Assembly (NCBI RefSeq): GCF_009914755.1
Contig: NC_060928.1
Direction: 5' to 3' (one strand)
Source of the DNA: the human T2T-CHM13v2.0 reference genome, Homo sapiens
DNA length: 64,000 nt
Below, one piece after another: positions 14,101 to 34,322 of this stretch; within the stretch, counting starts at the first letter, position 1, and each line of letters opens with the position of its first letter. Made by a program: the position numbers and the translations under genes. The notes beneath the pieces were generated by a model. The model had not been told where the DNA came from and made no database searches. It saw only the letters and a program-made list of their open reading frames with translations.

Positions 14101-15575
14101 ATTTACTAACGTTTGTTTTATGGCCCAGACATGATCTATCTTGGTGAATATTTCATATGAACTTGAGAAAAATATACATTCTACTGACATTGGGTGAAGT
14201 ATTCTATAAATGCCAATTTGATCCTTTTAAGTGATGGTGCCCTTCAGGTTAACTATACCCTTACTAGGTTGTGGCACGTTTTATTTATCAAAAGTTATGA
14301 GAGGTATTGAAGTATCCAAGTTAATTAGCATAATTTTTCTATTTCTCCTTACTGTTTTATCAGTTTTGATGATCTGTGTTTGGCTGTATACATGTTAAGG
14401 ATTGTTACAAATTCTTGGAGAATTGTTCCTTTTATCAATTCACTTTGTCTTTTGCTATATATGATAATTTTCTTTGTTCTGAAATGTACTTTGACTGAAA
14501 TTAATATAGCTATTTCAATTTTATTTTGATTAGTATTAACATGTTATATCTTTTTCTATCTCTTTACCTTTAACATGTACGTTAAACATGTACCTTTAAA
14601 TTTAAAGTGGGTTTCTTAAAAGCCACATATAACTGTATCGTTTTTTAACCACTTTGACAATCTCTGTTTCTTAATTGGTATACTTTGACAATTCACATTT
14701 AAAGTTATTACTAATTGGATTAATATCTACAATTTTAAAAATAGTTTCCTATTTATCATACTTGTAATTTGTTTGTTTTTCATTGTTTCTTTTTCTTTCT
14801 TTTCTGGTATTACTTGAGCATTTTATATTATTCCTTTTTCTCTCCGCTTTTAGTGTATCATTTATATTTATTTAATAAAATTTTTAGTAGTTTTCCTGGA
14901 GTTTGCAATAAACATTTAAACTAACCTAAGTTCAATTTCAATACCACACAGCTTCACAGGCAGTGTAGACACCATATAAAAGGTTTATTCTAATTCTACC
15001 CTCTTTCTTTTATCGAATTGCTATTTTTCACTTAACTTATCTATATCCTGTAATTGTCCACTAGAGATGGAATATTCCCCAACTTACAATGGGACTAAGA
15101 CCCAATAAACCCATTGTAAGTTGAAAACATAGTAAGTTGAAAATGCATTTAATATACCTGACCTTCTGAATATCATAGCTTAGCTTAGTCTAGCCTACTT
15201 TACACATGCTCAGACACCTACATTAGCCTACAATTGGGACAAATCATCTAACACAAAGCCTATTTTATAATAAAGTGATGAATACCTCATGCTATTTATT
15301 GAATACTTGCATATATGGTATACTTTTTAAGTTATACCACAATTCTTGGCTTTTTTTTCAATTTTTATTATCTATTTGCCTTTTAGAGAAATTTACAATA
15401 ATAAATCTTCAAATTCCTTGATTTTTTTCCTTAGCTGTGTCCCGTCTTCTGATGAGCCCATCAATGGCATTTTTCATTCCTATTACAGTGTTTTCAATTC
15501 TAATATTTTCTTAGAGTTGCCATCTCTTTGCCTATACTACCCACCTATTCTTATATATTATCTGCTTTTTTATTA
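11135..15575 (-). mobile_element. Old L1MC-like LINE-1, decayed ORF2, interrupted by MER47
   Basis: cattcagactggcttctttcac 3' UTR; minus-strand ORF remnants such as IEKFNHTESCFFEKINE and GFSGKFYQIF; (CT)n near 13585-13606. Confidence 0.85.
15063..15308 (+). mobile_element. MER47A-like (Tigger-derived) DNA transposon fragment
   Basis: caacttacaatggg...aaacccattgtaagttgaaaa...aatcatctaacacaaagcctattttataataaagtg. Confidence 0.8.
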
Positions 15576-15583
15576 AGCATGTT

Positions 15584-15936
15584 TGTATCAATCTGTTCTC
15601 ATCCTGCTATGAAGAAATAATCAAGAGTGGGTAATTCATAAAGATGTTTGATTGACTTACAGTTCTGCCTGGCTTGGAGGTCTCAGAAAACTTACACTCA
15701 TGACAGAAAGCACCTCTTCATAGAGTGACGGGGGAAATAATGAATGCCAAGAGTGTAAATGCCAGATGCTTATAAAACCATCAGATTTCATGAGAACTCA
15801 CTATCTAAAGAACAGCAAAGGGGAAACCACTCCATGATTCAATTACCTCCCACTGTGTCCCTTCCAGGACATGAGGGGATGATGGAGATTGCAATTCAAG
15901 ATGAGATTTGGGTGGGGACGCAGCCAAACCATATTA
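15584..15936 (-). mobile_element. THE1D-like MaLR solo LTR
   Basis: ...gatgagatttgggtggggacgcagccaaaccatat, the reverse complement of the THE1 5' end. Confidence 0.9.
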
Positions 15937-16121
15937 ATATTAATCATATTGACTTAAAATTCTGTTTGATAATTCCAAACTTTGTGATATCTGAGTGTTT
16001 TGTGTCTTTAGACTGTGTTTTTTTCAAGTCTTTATAATGTCTTTGCTTTTTTTGTTTAAAGCTATATTGGATTTCATCAATAACTGCAAATAATTATGAA
16101 TAAATCACTATATAAGTTGAG

Positions 16122-16290
16122 TATAATAAAACATTTATTGAGTACTTACTATAAGGCAAGCACTTTTAGTCAATATGCCTGTGTTATTTACTCAATTCAA
16201 CTGAAAATAAATCATTATCTTCCTTTTACACAAAAGGAAAATGCAGTCCTAAAGTACCAAATACCTTTGACAAACAACTAGTGAGCAATG
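16122..16290 (-). mobile_element. MIR SINE
   Basis: aacatttattgagtacttactataaggcaagcac. Confidence 0.65.
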
Positions 16291-17424
16291 TTAAGCAGAT
16301 TAAACTTTTGTATATGACATTTAATTCTGAATTATATTTCATAATAAACCAACAAAAATCATCTCAGTTTGAGGAAAAAAAAAAACAAAAATGCATATAT
16401 TCCTGGAAGACAGAGCAAAAATAAAAGTAGACTTTTCAGGGCTAAAGTTTGTTACCACATAAAATCAATCAGAAATACTTCTCAGAATAAAATATCTTCT
16501 TTAAGTCAAATCTATTGGAAGTAAAACTTCAAAAATTGTAAATTTATATAGTATTTGTAATAATAATATAAACAATAAATATAATAAATGCTTGTGTATT
16601 TCCTATGTTTAAAAATTCTAAAACTGAATTTTATTATTCTGGAAAATGTTGAATTATGCTATGGAAAGCACAAAAAAGGACTTCAGTCTAAAGATTCATA
16701 GAAAATTGTATTGTATCTAATTCTCAGCACACCCCTATTTATTTTTCAATCATTTTAAATATTTTTAACATTGGTATGACCCTAAGACCACTAGCTCTAG
16801 AAATCTTCAGGTTTATTTTTCTATAATTAACACATATTCTATTTTCTAAAAAAAAATAGAATGAAATGAATCTGAAAAACTTTGGTGACATAAGGTAAAA
16901 TAGTTGTTAAAATGGAAACAATTTAAAAATATATTTTTTATTATTTACTTATTGACCACCCAAGTAAATAAGATACTATTAAGTAACAAGACATGGTGCT
17001 GAACCTGAAATATCAAATATATAAAATTAAAGTACTTGATCTTTCCATTGATTCTTCTAGATTTTCCAAAAGATTGGCACAGAAAAAACTCTACTAATTC
17101 ACTACAGTGAACAGCATGAACTGGAATGGGCATGTTAAACTATCAGAGCATGGAGTGATACAGTAAGAAAATTGAACAACATTTTGTAAAATTTCAGATA
17201 TCTTTTAAGTGTTCTGGGAATGAGAATGACGTCACACTATGAAAATATAACATTATGAAAATATCAACCTAGCAGTATTGCTTAAGATGGATTCCAGGAG
17301 TCCAGAATGAAAGCAAGATAGCAAGCCAGAAGGCCCGGTGTGACCCATGCTTCCATTAATAGGGATTGAACTAGGTTAATGTAAATCTAAGGAAATGAAA
17401 TTGGGGTGTATAAAGAGACAAAAT

Positions 17425-21665
<4,241 letters not shown>

Positions 21666-22125
21666 AAAGAGACAAAATTAGGAAAGACCAGAAGATTGTA
21701 TTTTGCAATGAGGATGATGGAGAAGAGAACTTTACAAGCTCGAGGTGGTTGGGGAATTTTGCTGCCACCAATGAAAATCTGGATGTCATATAAGTTCTAT
21801 CAAGAATAACAAGCAATGTTTTGCAACAGAATAAGCCCTGTGTGTTTCTTCACAGTAAAATGAACATGTTGTAAAACGATTTCCTCTTAATTTACTTTAT
21901 TTTTAATTTAATTAAGAATTAGAGAATGGGATGTACATAAATAGAAGTTGTTGGTTTTTTGTTTTTTTTTTTTCATGACTTGATGAATCTGTCAACAGGC
22001 TAACCAAAGAAATTTGAGATGGGGACAACTGAAAGAAAATAGAAGAGGTTGACGAGAATTAAACAAACAAGCAAAAAAACAAACACCCCTAAAACACCAA
22101 AACCATAGCTTAATCATAAAACTGG

Positions 22126-22453
<328 letters not shown>

Positions 22454-23147
22454 TTAATCAAATGAATAGTAGAAAAATAAGGCCCATACTATATCAAAGG
22501 GAACCATGGCTTCTGAATTTTCCTTTACATTTTTGTAGAGACAAACGTACTTAGAATTTATTTACATTTTAAGCTTATGCAGTGCGCGAGAGGATGTTTT
22601 TACTTACTTGTAAAAAAAAATCTTAGTGATTAATATGGGAAGTTAATAATTTGAAACAGTAACAATCCCTGTTTCCAGAGTCATTGTTCCTTGGCAGTGT
22701 GTTTCAGAAAACCATCACAAAAGTTATTTGGAATTCTTGATATAAAAGGAAAGATAAAAGTGGGATTAGGTTCTAGAAGAAGAATTAGGTTCTAGAAATT
22801 GCCTTTCAATTGAAAGCCTTTAACAGATTTGTAATTTCTGTTGCCACAATAACGGCAGCATGCAACCATTTGTGTTTTATACATTAATGTTTACACAAGA
22901 AAGAAAATATGTATGTATTTTTATTTTAATAAATAACTCAAAAAGGACAAATGTCTTCGTCATACTTCAATGTTACTGAGCACAGTAAAAATCCGATTAA
23001 GTTGATTTTCCCACTAGCTTTTTTAACCAAAAGTGTTACTTTCCCTTTCTGGTGTTCAGATTTTCAACATTAATTAATTATTTCACATTCCTGCTTTAGA
23101 AGTTGTGAACAGATTCACCATTTGTTCAACTGAATAGTCGTTTTTTT

Positions 23148-23552
23148 TTTTTATTGATATAAAATGTGTGACTAAGTCACAAGAATGTAGAATGCATTCT
23201 ACATAATTATTTAGGAACTTTTTATTTATATATTTATTTATTTATTTTACATAAAGGAACTTTTTAGATCTTCACATAATTCGAGAAAACATTGGCTCCT
23301 TTATTCACTGGGTTGGTTGAATGAGTTATGTAACAAAGCTGAGATGAAAAGTTTTGTTTTTTATTGATATAAAATGTGTGACTAAGTCATAAGAATGGAG
23401 AGTGCACTTTACACACTTATTTAGGAACTTTTTATTTATTTATTTTTTTACATAAAGGAACTTTTTAGATCTTCACGTAATTTGAGGAAACATTGGCTCC
23501 TTTATTCACTGTGTTGGTTGAATGAGTTATGTAACAAAACTGAGATTAAAAG
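23148..23552. repeat. About 200-bp tandem duplication, 2 copies, roughly 90% identical
   Basis: tttttattgatataaaatgtgtgactaagtca...gttatgtaacaaa(g/a)ctgagat(g/t)aaaag at about 23148-23351 and 23357-23552. Confidence 0.95.
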
Positions 23553-23767
23553 GAAAAAAGTTTGAGAGGTCCACAACTGCTTGAGAAATCTCTAATCTGG
23601 ATAAACTTTATTAATTATTTACTTAACTATTCATCAATACAGATTATTTTAGCCTATTGGTTATTCTAATTATAGCTTATCGACTAATGTAAATTTGTAA
23701 CTAATCTCAGAATAATATTCTGGCAAGTACATTTGGATAAAGGTCATATCAAGGTGTTTTTATATTT

Positions 23768-24141
23768 TGTTTTTTTAATTGACATAAAATAATTGTATAT
23801 ATTTATGGAGTACATAGTGATGTTTCAATACATATAATGTACAGAGATCAGATTAGGTTAATTAATATTTCCATCATCTCATTTACTATTTATTTGTTTT
23901 GAGAACATTCAATATCCTCCTTCTAGCTATTTGAAGCTATATTGTTAATTATAATCATACTACAGTGGTGCAGAACACAGAAGTTTATCCTTCTAACAAC
24001 CTGTAATTTTGTATCCTTTAACAAATCTCTCCCTATCTCCCCCTTCCCCTTCTTCTTCCCAGCCTCTAGTGTCCTCTGTTCTATTTGTTTCTTCTATGAG
24101 ATCAACTGTTGAGACTTCTATGTATGAGTGAGAATATGCGG
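23768..24141 (-). mobile_element. L1MA4-like 3' end
   Basis: tttttaattgacataaaataattgtatatatttatggagtacatagtgatg...atgagtgagaatatgcgg. Confidence 0.85.
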
Positions 24142-24149
24142 CTACCCTT

Positions 24150-24760
24150 TGAAGCAAAATCCTTTGAAAGAGTTATGTGTATTTAGTGTTCACAACTCCT
24201 CTCCTCCATTTTGTTATTTAACACATTATAATCAGGTTTTGTCAAGGTTGCCAAAGAAGTCAGTTGTTATTAAATCAACTTGTCCATTATTATATCTTAT
24301 CTTACTTGATTTCCTTGGTACTTAACAGATTATCACTCCTTGTTATCATATCTGCACTTGACTTGATGTCACATGTTCTTGTCTTTTCTTCTGTCTCTCT
24401 CATTTTCTTTTTCCTGGGCTGGTTCCTCCTCTTCTCTCTGACATAGAGCATCTTATTTTTGGAGTATGTCAGGGATTAGCGATTGTGCCACTTTTCTTCT
24501 CCATCTACACATAGCTCCTTGGTTCTTTCACAACCAGGCACCAATGACCCCCAAATTAATATACATAGCCTAGACTTCTGTCCTGAATTCTAGACTCATA
24601 GATTCCCTAATTACTTGATATCTCTACTACAATTTTTCATGAACAACTGAAACTTAGTATTCCTAAAACTTACCCCCTGGTTTTTCCATCCGAAGGTGCT
24701 CTACTATAAGATTTTCATTTCAGTTAATTAAAACTCTAAGGTTTTTCTAGTTATCAGTGT
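24150..24760 (+). mobile_element. L2 LINE fragment
   Basis: Pyrimidine-rich L2 ORF2-like sequence (ttgtcaaggttgcca; aatgacccccaaatt...ctagactcata). Confidence 0.7.
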
Positions 24761-27570
24761 CCCTTTCACTAAAGTTAAAATTTAGTTCACAAATATTTAT
24801 TACAATAGATATGTAAGAATTGATAAAATGCCTCCTAACTGTAGTCTAATGGTTATAAAAATTATGTTATTAGACACTGTGGAAACAGAAAAATGTAAGA
24901 GTCTCCTAGTCCAGACTAAGACTGAAAGCAGAGAGCAGTGATGTTGATTAGGAAGTGAGTCTAAAAGTCTGACATGGATTTTATAAGTGAACCTTTATGT
25001 GTATGTTATATTTAATTAAGCTCTTACAAGTTGAATTCAAGAAATATATACTGAGAATCTATTATAGGTGAAATCCTGGGTTAGGTGCTAAAGTTTTCAT
25101 GAAAATGAACACAGTGTGATCTTTGACTTCAAGGAGAAAAGAAATAGATTGATTTTTATAATGAATACAACTAAAAAAGGGAGAAAGTTACAGAAAGTTG
25201 AGACCCGAGAAAAGAAACTGGATATTCTCTCTAAAGGGTGTGTGACCCAAGTATGAAAGAGAGTGGCCAAAGAATACATAAAGCCCAACCAAAAGCCAAA
25301 CGTCTAGAAATGTGGGACAGAACAAAAGCATGAATAACAAGAAAAGAGAAATTGACACTAATGATTAAGTATCGACGTCTCCAGCTTTTCATTTGGAAAC
25401 TTGGCTAATTTCATTGGCCTCTGTCTATACCTTTCACTCAGAGGAGGAGTTTGTTTCTGATTAATGTGTTTGTAGAAGACAATTGAAGCAGTTTCCAGGG
25501 TATCTCTTCTTTTTAGAACTAAGCTGTCCTCAGCACATACACATTTACTGCTCCATCATAGACCAGGCTTTTCACAGATGAGGGAACCTTGCAAATGTCA
25601 AGCACTGCCTAAGACTGAATGATAAGGGACTACTTCATTAAGGAAGGAAATAGTATGAAATCCATCATGATCCTGCATTTTAAGTCTTATTCACCAATCA
25701 CCTTTATTAATAATAATGTTTGATACCCATCTTTCTACATCCTGCTTCTCTCAATTGTCCATTCTAGAGATGATGGAACAGTTTAACATTAAACCCTAAA
25801 TCCAACCAGGATATGATTAAAAGGTATCTACCACTGCATTCAGGCCAAGGGGATTTAAAAAAGACATATTTTTAATAAGATACCTCAAATTAAAAAGTTT
25901 AATTAGTGTAGGATGATAGAAATCAGATTGTAAAAGTAAAAGAAGTAAATGAATGATGAATAAATGAGACTAATGAGGAAATATAATAATTTTGAGTACC
26001 TTTTAAATTGAAGAAACAAAAATGAAAATACCAGCATAGGGATGGTAGGAAAGAAATAATTTTTTTCTTACTTATTTCATTCAAATTGCCTTTTAGAATT
26101 TTGCCATTTTCACAGAGGAGAAGAAGATTATGAAAAGGAAAATTGAATAGAGGAAGAGATAAATAACAAGTAAAAAATATAAAGAGGATAAAATCAAGGC
26201 ATGATAAAGAGATTAATTTCAGGTCAGATGAAGACTTATATAAAAAGAAAATAAAATTATATTAAAAACATATATTAGGAGCTAAACAAAAAGAAATATG
26301 AAGGAGTTTACTTCAGATACTCTCATTATTGTCAGCCACGGTGGGGATAAAACCTTCAGCCAAAGACGCTGGTAGGTTGGAAACTTACAGAACAGTCAAA
26401 ATTGCCCTAATAAAGTGCCACTGAAAACTAATAAAACAATTACTAACCATAAAATAACAACAGGATAATAGTAAAATAACATATTTTACAGTATCTAATA
26501 TTTAAAATATCTTCTGAGGCCAAGCATGATGAAAAATATCTTTCTTTTGGACAATGATCTCTTATTATTTCCATTTTACATAGATATTTGACTAAGATTC
26601 ACAATATTTTGGTGCTTGGAATATATATATATATTGTATAGTAAAAAATACTAGTACAATATTTCCCTACTGTATTACCTCCATTTCCAGGGAATTGAAT
26701 ACCTAATGGAATTTACAAAATAATAAACAATTGAGCTGCTATTTTTTAAAATGATCCAAAACTAAATAACATGAGGGAGAGTGCTTTGTTTTATTTTTTC
26801 TCAATGAAAGAGAAGTATGAGGAAATCTCAGTGTACTACATAGACAGAAGAAAGCTCACAATTGAAATCACCCTCAAACCCATAAATAAAAATCAATAAA
26901 ATGTCAAATCTATTTTATATGACCACTATGATACATGGAATAACCTGATCATTGACACCGATATAGTTTTCAAAGAATTTCCAAGTGTAAAGTTTATTTA
27001 ATGTTTTTGATATATGGCATATACCATGAATTTCCTCACTCTTTTGTTTCTATATATAATAAGGACACATTTCTAAAAATTCAGTAATGATACAATTATT
27101 TATGAATTATGTAATAATAATGAATGACATTTATATTTTTACTACTATAAGCCACAGAGTAATTTCTTATAAGCAACAAAATAAGCAAATTTTGAAATAA
27201 AAAGGAATCCTCATTTTAAGACAAAATGATCCAAATTCAAAAGTATTCTATAACACAAATAAGGGAGAAAAAGCACATCCTCATCAACATTTTTCTTAGA
27301 AAAATAAATAAAGTATACCAAAAATCCATACAGCTAGTAGCACAAGTCCTATTTATTTCTCATTTTCTAATATTGCTTTTGAAAACATGATTTAATCTTG
27401 AAATTAACCAAAACCTTTGTTTCTTTTTTTCAGCTTCTAAAATAAGCAATGACTGGGAAGTTATCAAAGAAAATAGACATAGTCCTGCTAAATCTTAGAG
27501 TGATATCAAATCTGCTCAAATAAGATATGACATTAAACTTTAAATATGGTTTTTTTCTTCTTATTTTCAG

Positions 27571-27579
27571 AATGCCAAG
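27571..27579 (+). other. Candidate 9-nt microexon AATGCCAAG
   Basis: ttttttcttcttattttcag|AATGCCAAG|gtaaac; about 44 nt without AG upstream. Confidence 0.25.
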
Positions 27580-28639
27580 GTAAACACGTCTGTATTTTTC
27601 AATGTATTGTAAAATACGTGATTAGATATAGACTTGGCCACATGGATTTCTTAGGGAAATTGCTTTGGATTTCACTTGACATAATGGGAACAAGGATATA
27701 TTATTTATTATTTACCCATTTGTGCTTTAGTTGAGCATTCTTTGATGCGTTTGTCATTATTTCAGTAAAGAAGGAAAATAATCACTTTAAGCAATTATTC
27801 TGTGTCAGACACCATGTCAGACACCATGCTCTGTGCTGGGAACCCACAGACCCTTTTCAGGAGCTCAAACCATGCTGCTCTGTGCTTTGTTCATCACATG
27901 GCTCATCAGCTGCGGTTATGCTGTGCGACTATTAGGAAAGGATGAAAATGAGTTCGTTTAAATGGGTTTCTCCATTTACGCTTTATAGGATGTGCCAAGA
28001 TGCAGAGCTAAAATGATAGAATCACTGAGATATTTCCATCTGATTCTAGTTTGCCCACTTCTGCCAACCTCCATTTCGATTTGTTCAAATTCTAAAAGTA
28101 TGGAGGTGCACTGAGCAGGATGTCCCATGAAAAGGAAGGGTTGACTATTTACAAATGCACATAATCCTTCAGTGTCTATTTGACATCCTATTTGTGGCGT
28201 AAATAGGGATAATCTGACTTATTGACTTTTTGTCTGCCTCGTATTGTAGAATTTACATGTTTATTCTTTATTTATAAAAACATTGTTTCAAAAATATTCA
28301 GTCAATTATCAGGTGGTGGCAATGCCACAATAAGAAAATCACCTGTCTCTGAGAAATGCCAGCTTTCATCCGCAATTTACTTCAAATAAATGAGAGAAGT
28401 GGTGAGATCTTTGTATAGAAAATATGTGACAAATTACTCATGTTGCTTCAGCCTCAATGGACATAGGTTGAAAATTCCCAAGACCGTTTCTCCAGAAAGT
28501 AGCAGAAAAGCTGGAGTAGTTTGTACTAATGCATAATAATGTCTTTCTAATTAGAAACGTGAAGATTCAGAGACAAACACACACACACACCCCTCTTTTA
28601 CACATTGTATGGTACATGGAGAACTTTGCCAATTGAATT

Positions 28640-29543
28640 ATGTCTTTATTGCTACCTAGCATAAACAAATTACCATAAATGTAGTGGCAAAAAACAAGAC
28701 AAATTTATTATCTCATAGTTTTTCTATGAATTAAGAGCCTGGTTACAGATTAGCTGGGTTCTCAGAATTATGACTTACAAAACACCTTTATATGTATAGG
28801 TACATAACACCTTTATATGTGGTGACTTATCCTCACAGGCTCTATGAATTACTGTGAAGCTAGATGAGGAACCTAAGACTGAGAGACTAAACAGAAACAA
28901 ATATCCAAAATGGTGAAAGGAGGACACCAGTGTGCTCTCACTCTGTTTATTCTACTCTATCATTAATGTTTGTTAGTACAAGGGCCAAAGGATTGATGTC
29001 TGATGACACGTCATAGAGAGAGACAATCGGGAAGTACTGAGAGTTTGTACCAGGCTGAAATCAAGAGTCTTTAGGTCTATGAGGCTTGTGTCTCCCAAGC
29101 TTACTGCTCACATGCAGAATTCAGTTTCTTATTGTGGTATAATTGAAGTCCCTGTTTTCTTGCTGACTTTTGAGTGGAGACAGTTTTCAGCTCCTACAAG
29201 CTGCAGTCAGGTCCTTGTCATGGGATCTCTTCCACAGAAAATTTACATCATTTTTTTTTTCTTTCTCAAAGTTAGAAGGAGAGTATCTCTCATTTCGAAT
29301 CTCCCTATCCTCTTTTAAGGGCTCCCTGGATTAGGTTTGGTTCACAGAGGATAATCTCTCTTTTTCTTAACTCAATGTCAAATGATTTGGGACCTTAATC
29401 ATGTCTGCAAGGTTTTGTCTGTTACACAACTTGAAGTACTCATATACCCTATCCACAATCCCACTGTCACTCAAAGCACATGAACTCATTATGTTTATGA
29501 GTGGGTGGGAGCTTTGGGGCCCTCTTAGAATTCTGCCTACCAC
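28640..29543 (-). mobile_element. MLT1E-like MaLR LTR interrupted at about 28766-29048
   Basis: aacaaattaccataaa...ttagctgggttctc, then ccaggctgaaatcaag...cttagaattctgcctaccac. Confidence 0.8.
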
Positions 29544-29807
29544 TTTAACTGTCTCCCTCTACGACATGTCATCAGACATCAATCCTTTGGCCCTTGTACT
29601 AACAAACATTAATGACAGGGTAGAATAAACAGAGTGAGAGCACATTGGTCTCTTCCTTTCACCATTTTGGATATTTGTTTCTGTTTAGTCTCTCAGTCTT
29701 AGGTTCCTCATCTAGCTTCACAGTAATTCATAGAGCCTGTGAGGATAAGTCACTACATATAAAGGCGTTATGTACCTATACATATAAAGGTGTTTTGTAA
29801 GCCATAA
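28768..29807. repeat. 258-bp inverted duplication (arms 28768-29025 and 29550-29807)
   Basis: Manual reverse-complement comparison gives about 11 mismatches and no indels. Confidence 0.97.
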
Positions 29808-30304
29808 AGCAATTATTGTACACAGGAATGTCAAGTGAAGACACAAATATGTATAGTCATTATATATGTATGAATATTGTGTATGTGTGTATAATACAAC
29901 TGCATACATTATAAATACAACAAAAAAGTACATATGCAAATTTGTGTGTGTTTTGCATATATATTATACATTTACTTAGTCACTTACTACCAGAGCCAAT
30001 GCCATAGAGTAACTTCATTGATTTAATCAGTAACCTTTAAAAGATTATAATTTTACCAACATAGCTTTAGTTTCATAAGTCCAACCACCACAGTGTTTTT
30101 TGGTTTGCCTTATTTGACCATTATATCCCGTCTAATCCACATAGCTTTGACTACTTTAATTTCCCTATGGGTGGAATAACAGATGCACTAAAGATTCTTC
30201 CCTCTTCGGAAATGCTTGATTCCAGTGTTGAACCATGCTGTATACTAGGCTTTATTGTATCTTATAATGCAATCTTTTTTCAAGTTTTATCTGATCCTTC
30301 CAGA

Positions 30305-30340
30305 TAACTCTAATATTACCTGTAACTCTAATATTACCTG
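30305..30340. repeat. 18-bp perfect tandem duplication
   Basis: taactctaatattacctg twice. Confidence 0.95.
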
Positions 30341-31175
30341 TTGTTCTAAACTGAAAATAAGAGTTTTAGGACTTGTGAATGCTGTTTATTAGAAAAGTTA
30401 TTACTCTCACATATTATGTACCTTGGGAAGTACTGCGAGTTTGGAAGTCGAATGCGAATGAGAAAAGCATTATGGTAAGACTAACCTTGAATTACTTTCA
30501 TAGTGCATTGAAAATTTAATTCACAAATCCAAATCTATACACTTTAAAAATAAGTGGTAACAAATTATTTGTTACATATCTCGAATATTTGTCATTCTTA
30601 AAGAAAGTGGCTAATAATTCTGAGGTTACAGTAGAACAATAAATTTATGTCAGGAACTAATATAATTTTTTCCTAGCTGAGACCTCCTATTAACAAATTC
30701 TTAGTTGTAGAAAAGGCAGGGACTATTGTGAAGTTTATTTGAAAAACAAAAATATTATACATTAGAGAGTATAAGTGAACACTTGTCCCTTAGCTGAGAC
30801 AGACAAATGTCCCACTTGCTTGCAGGACTGGTAGTATGTTACCTTCAGGAAATAATCCACCTCTTTAGGAAACAGCAATTAAAAATCATGAAGAGGGTTT
30901 TGTCACTCACTTCATTTGCAAAAGTTTTCTTAACAGATGGTCCACAATAGGCCTCTAGATCATACAGCTTCTACTCAAGTCTACCAACTCATTTAAGATC
31001 AAAAGACTTTGGGGATTAGTTGATGTTGTTTAAATACAACAAATACCTAAAATGAACATCTACTTCCATACAATTATAAAGCATAATTTAACATTCCTAA
31101 ATATACACAAAAATACAAAACAATGCTTAAAAATGTGAAAGTGATCTTACAAAAAGTAAATCATGAAAACAGCAT

Positions 31176-33368
<2,193 letters not shown>

Positions 33369-34322
33369 ATATGTTACCAATGCCATAATGCATTCTTATG
33401 TCTCAGAATTTTTATTTCTATAAATTGAACATATTTTAGAATTATTTAGGTGTACAACTTGTTTTTTCTACAATTGTGAAAATAACAGTGTAAAAAATAA
33501 ATTATTGTCTTAACATTTTTTCACATTCTAAGTCCAAATCATTAAGATAACTCTTTTTAAGTAAGAGCCATCAAACTCCTTTTTCTCTTTTCTTCATATA
33601 ACAACATCCTCTGTTCCAGCATAAAGATTGGTGATATAGCATTAAAAACATCATCCACTATTATGTATTATCTCCAATATTACTTGCCAAGCCTCTAAGC
33701 ACCATCCTGTAAGTTTTAATGTCAGTGTTTTCTTTTTAGGTGTGTGATTAGCAGTCCTATTTACATATCTCAGTTAAAAAAATACAATAGGTTAATCTAC
33801 TTTCAGGTTTCCTTTTTATTAAGTCCCAAAAAGCACTTAGATGTTATTCAGCAAGAAAATATGGGATCATTTTCATTGTTTCAACAGTAGATATTTGCTT
33901 TAATAATATCAAATTTATTTTCCTTTACTCTGTCTCCATGTTAACTTCTAAAAGAACATTACATTTCAATAGGGAATAATATTTTTGTATGTATTTTTAA
34001 AGTGAACATTATATGTGGTACTACTGATGATAATAGGAAATTATAAGAGAAAGGTAAGGTAAGAACAGCTTTGTCACGAATTTCATTGACTGCCAGTAAT
34101 TATAAGATGCCATCAATAAATAGACACAATTCAATTTTCAAAATATTTAAATAACATGTCTTAAATATGATGAAATATTCCATGTTATTCAATACAATAT
34201 AGAGAAGAGTAAAAATAATAAAACTTTATGATTTCATGAAAATTCAGAAAGAAGAAAACAGAAACATTGTGAAATAATAAAAATGGAAAAAAAGAAGTTA
34301 AATTCAAAACTATTAGTAATTT

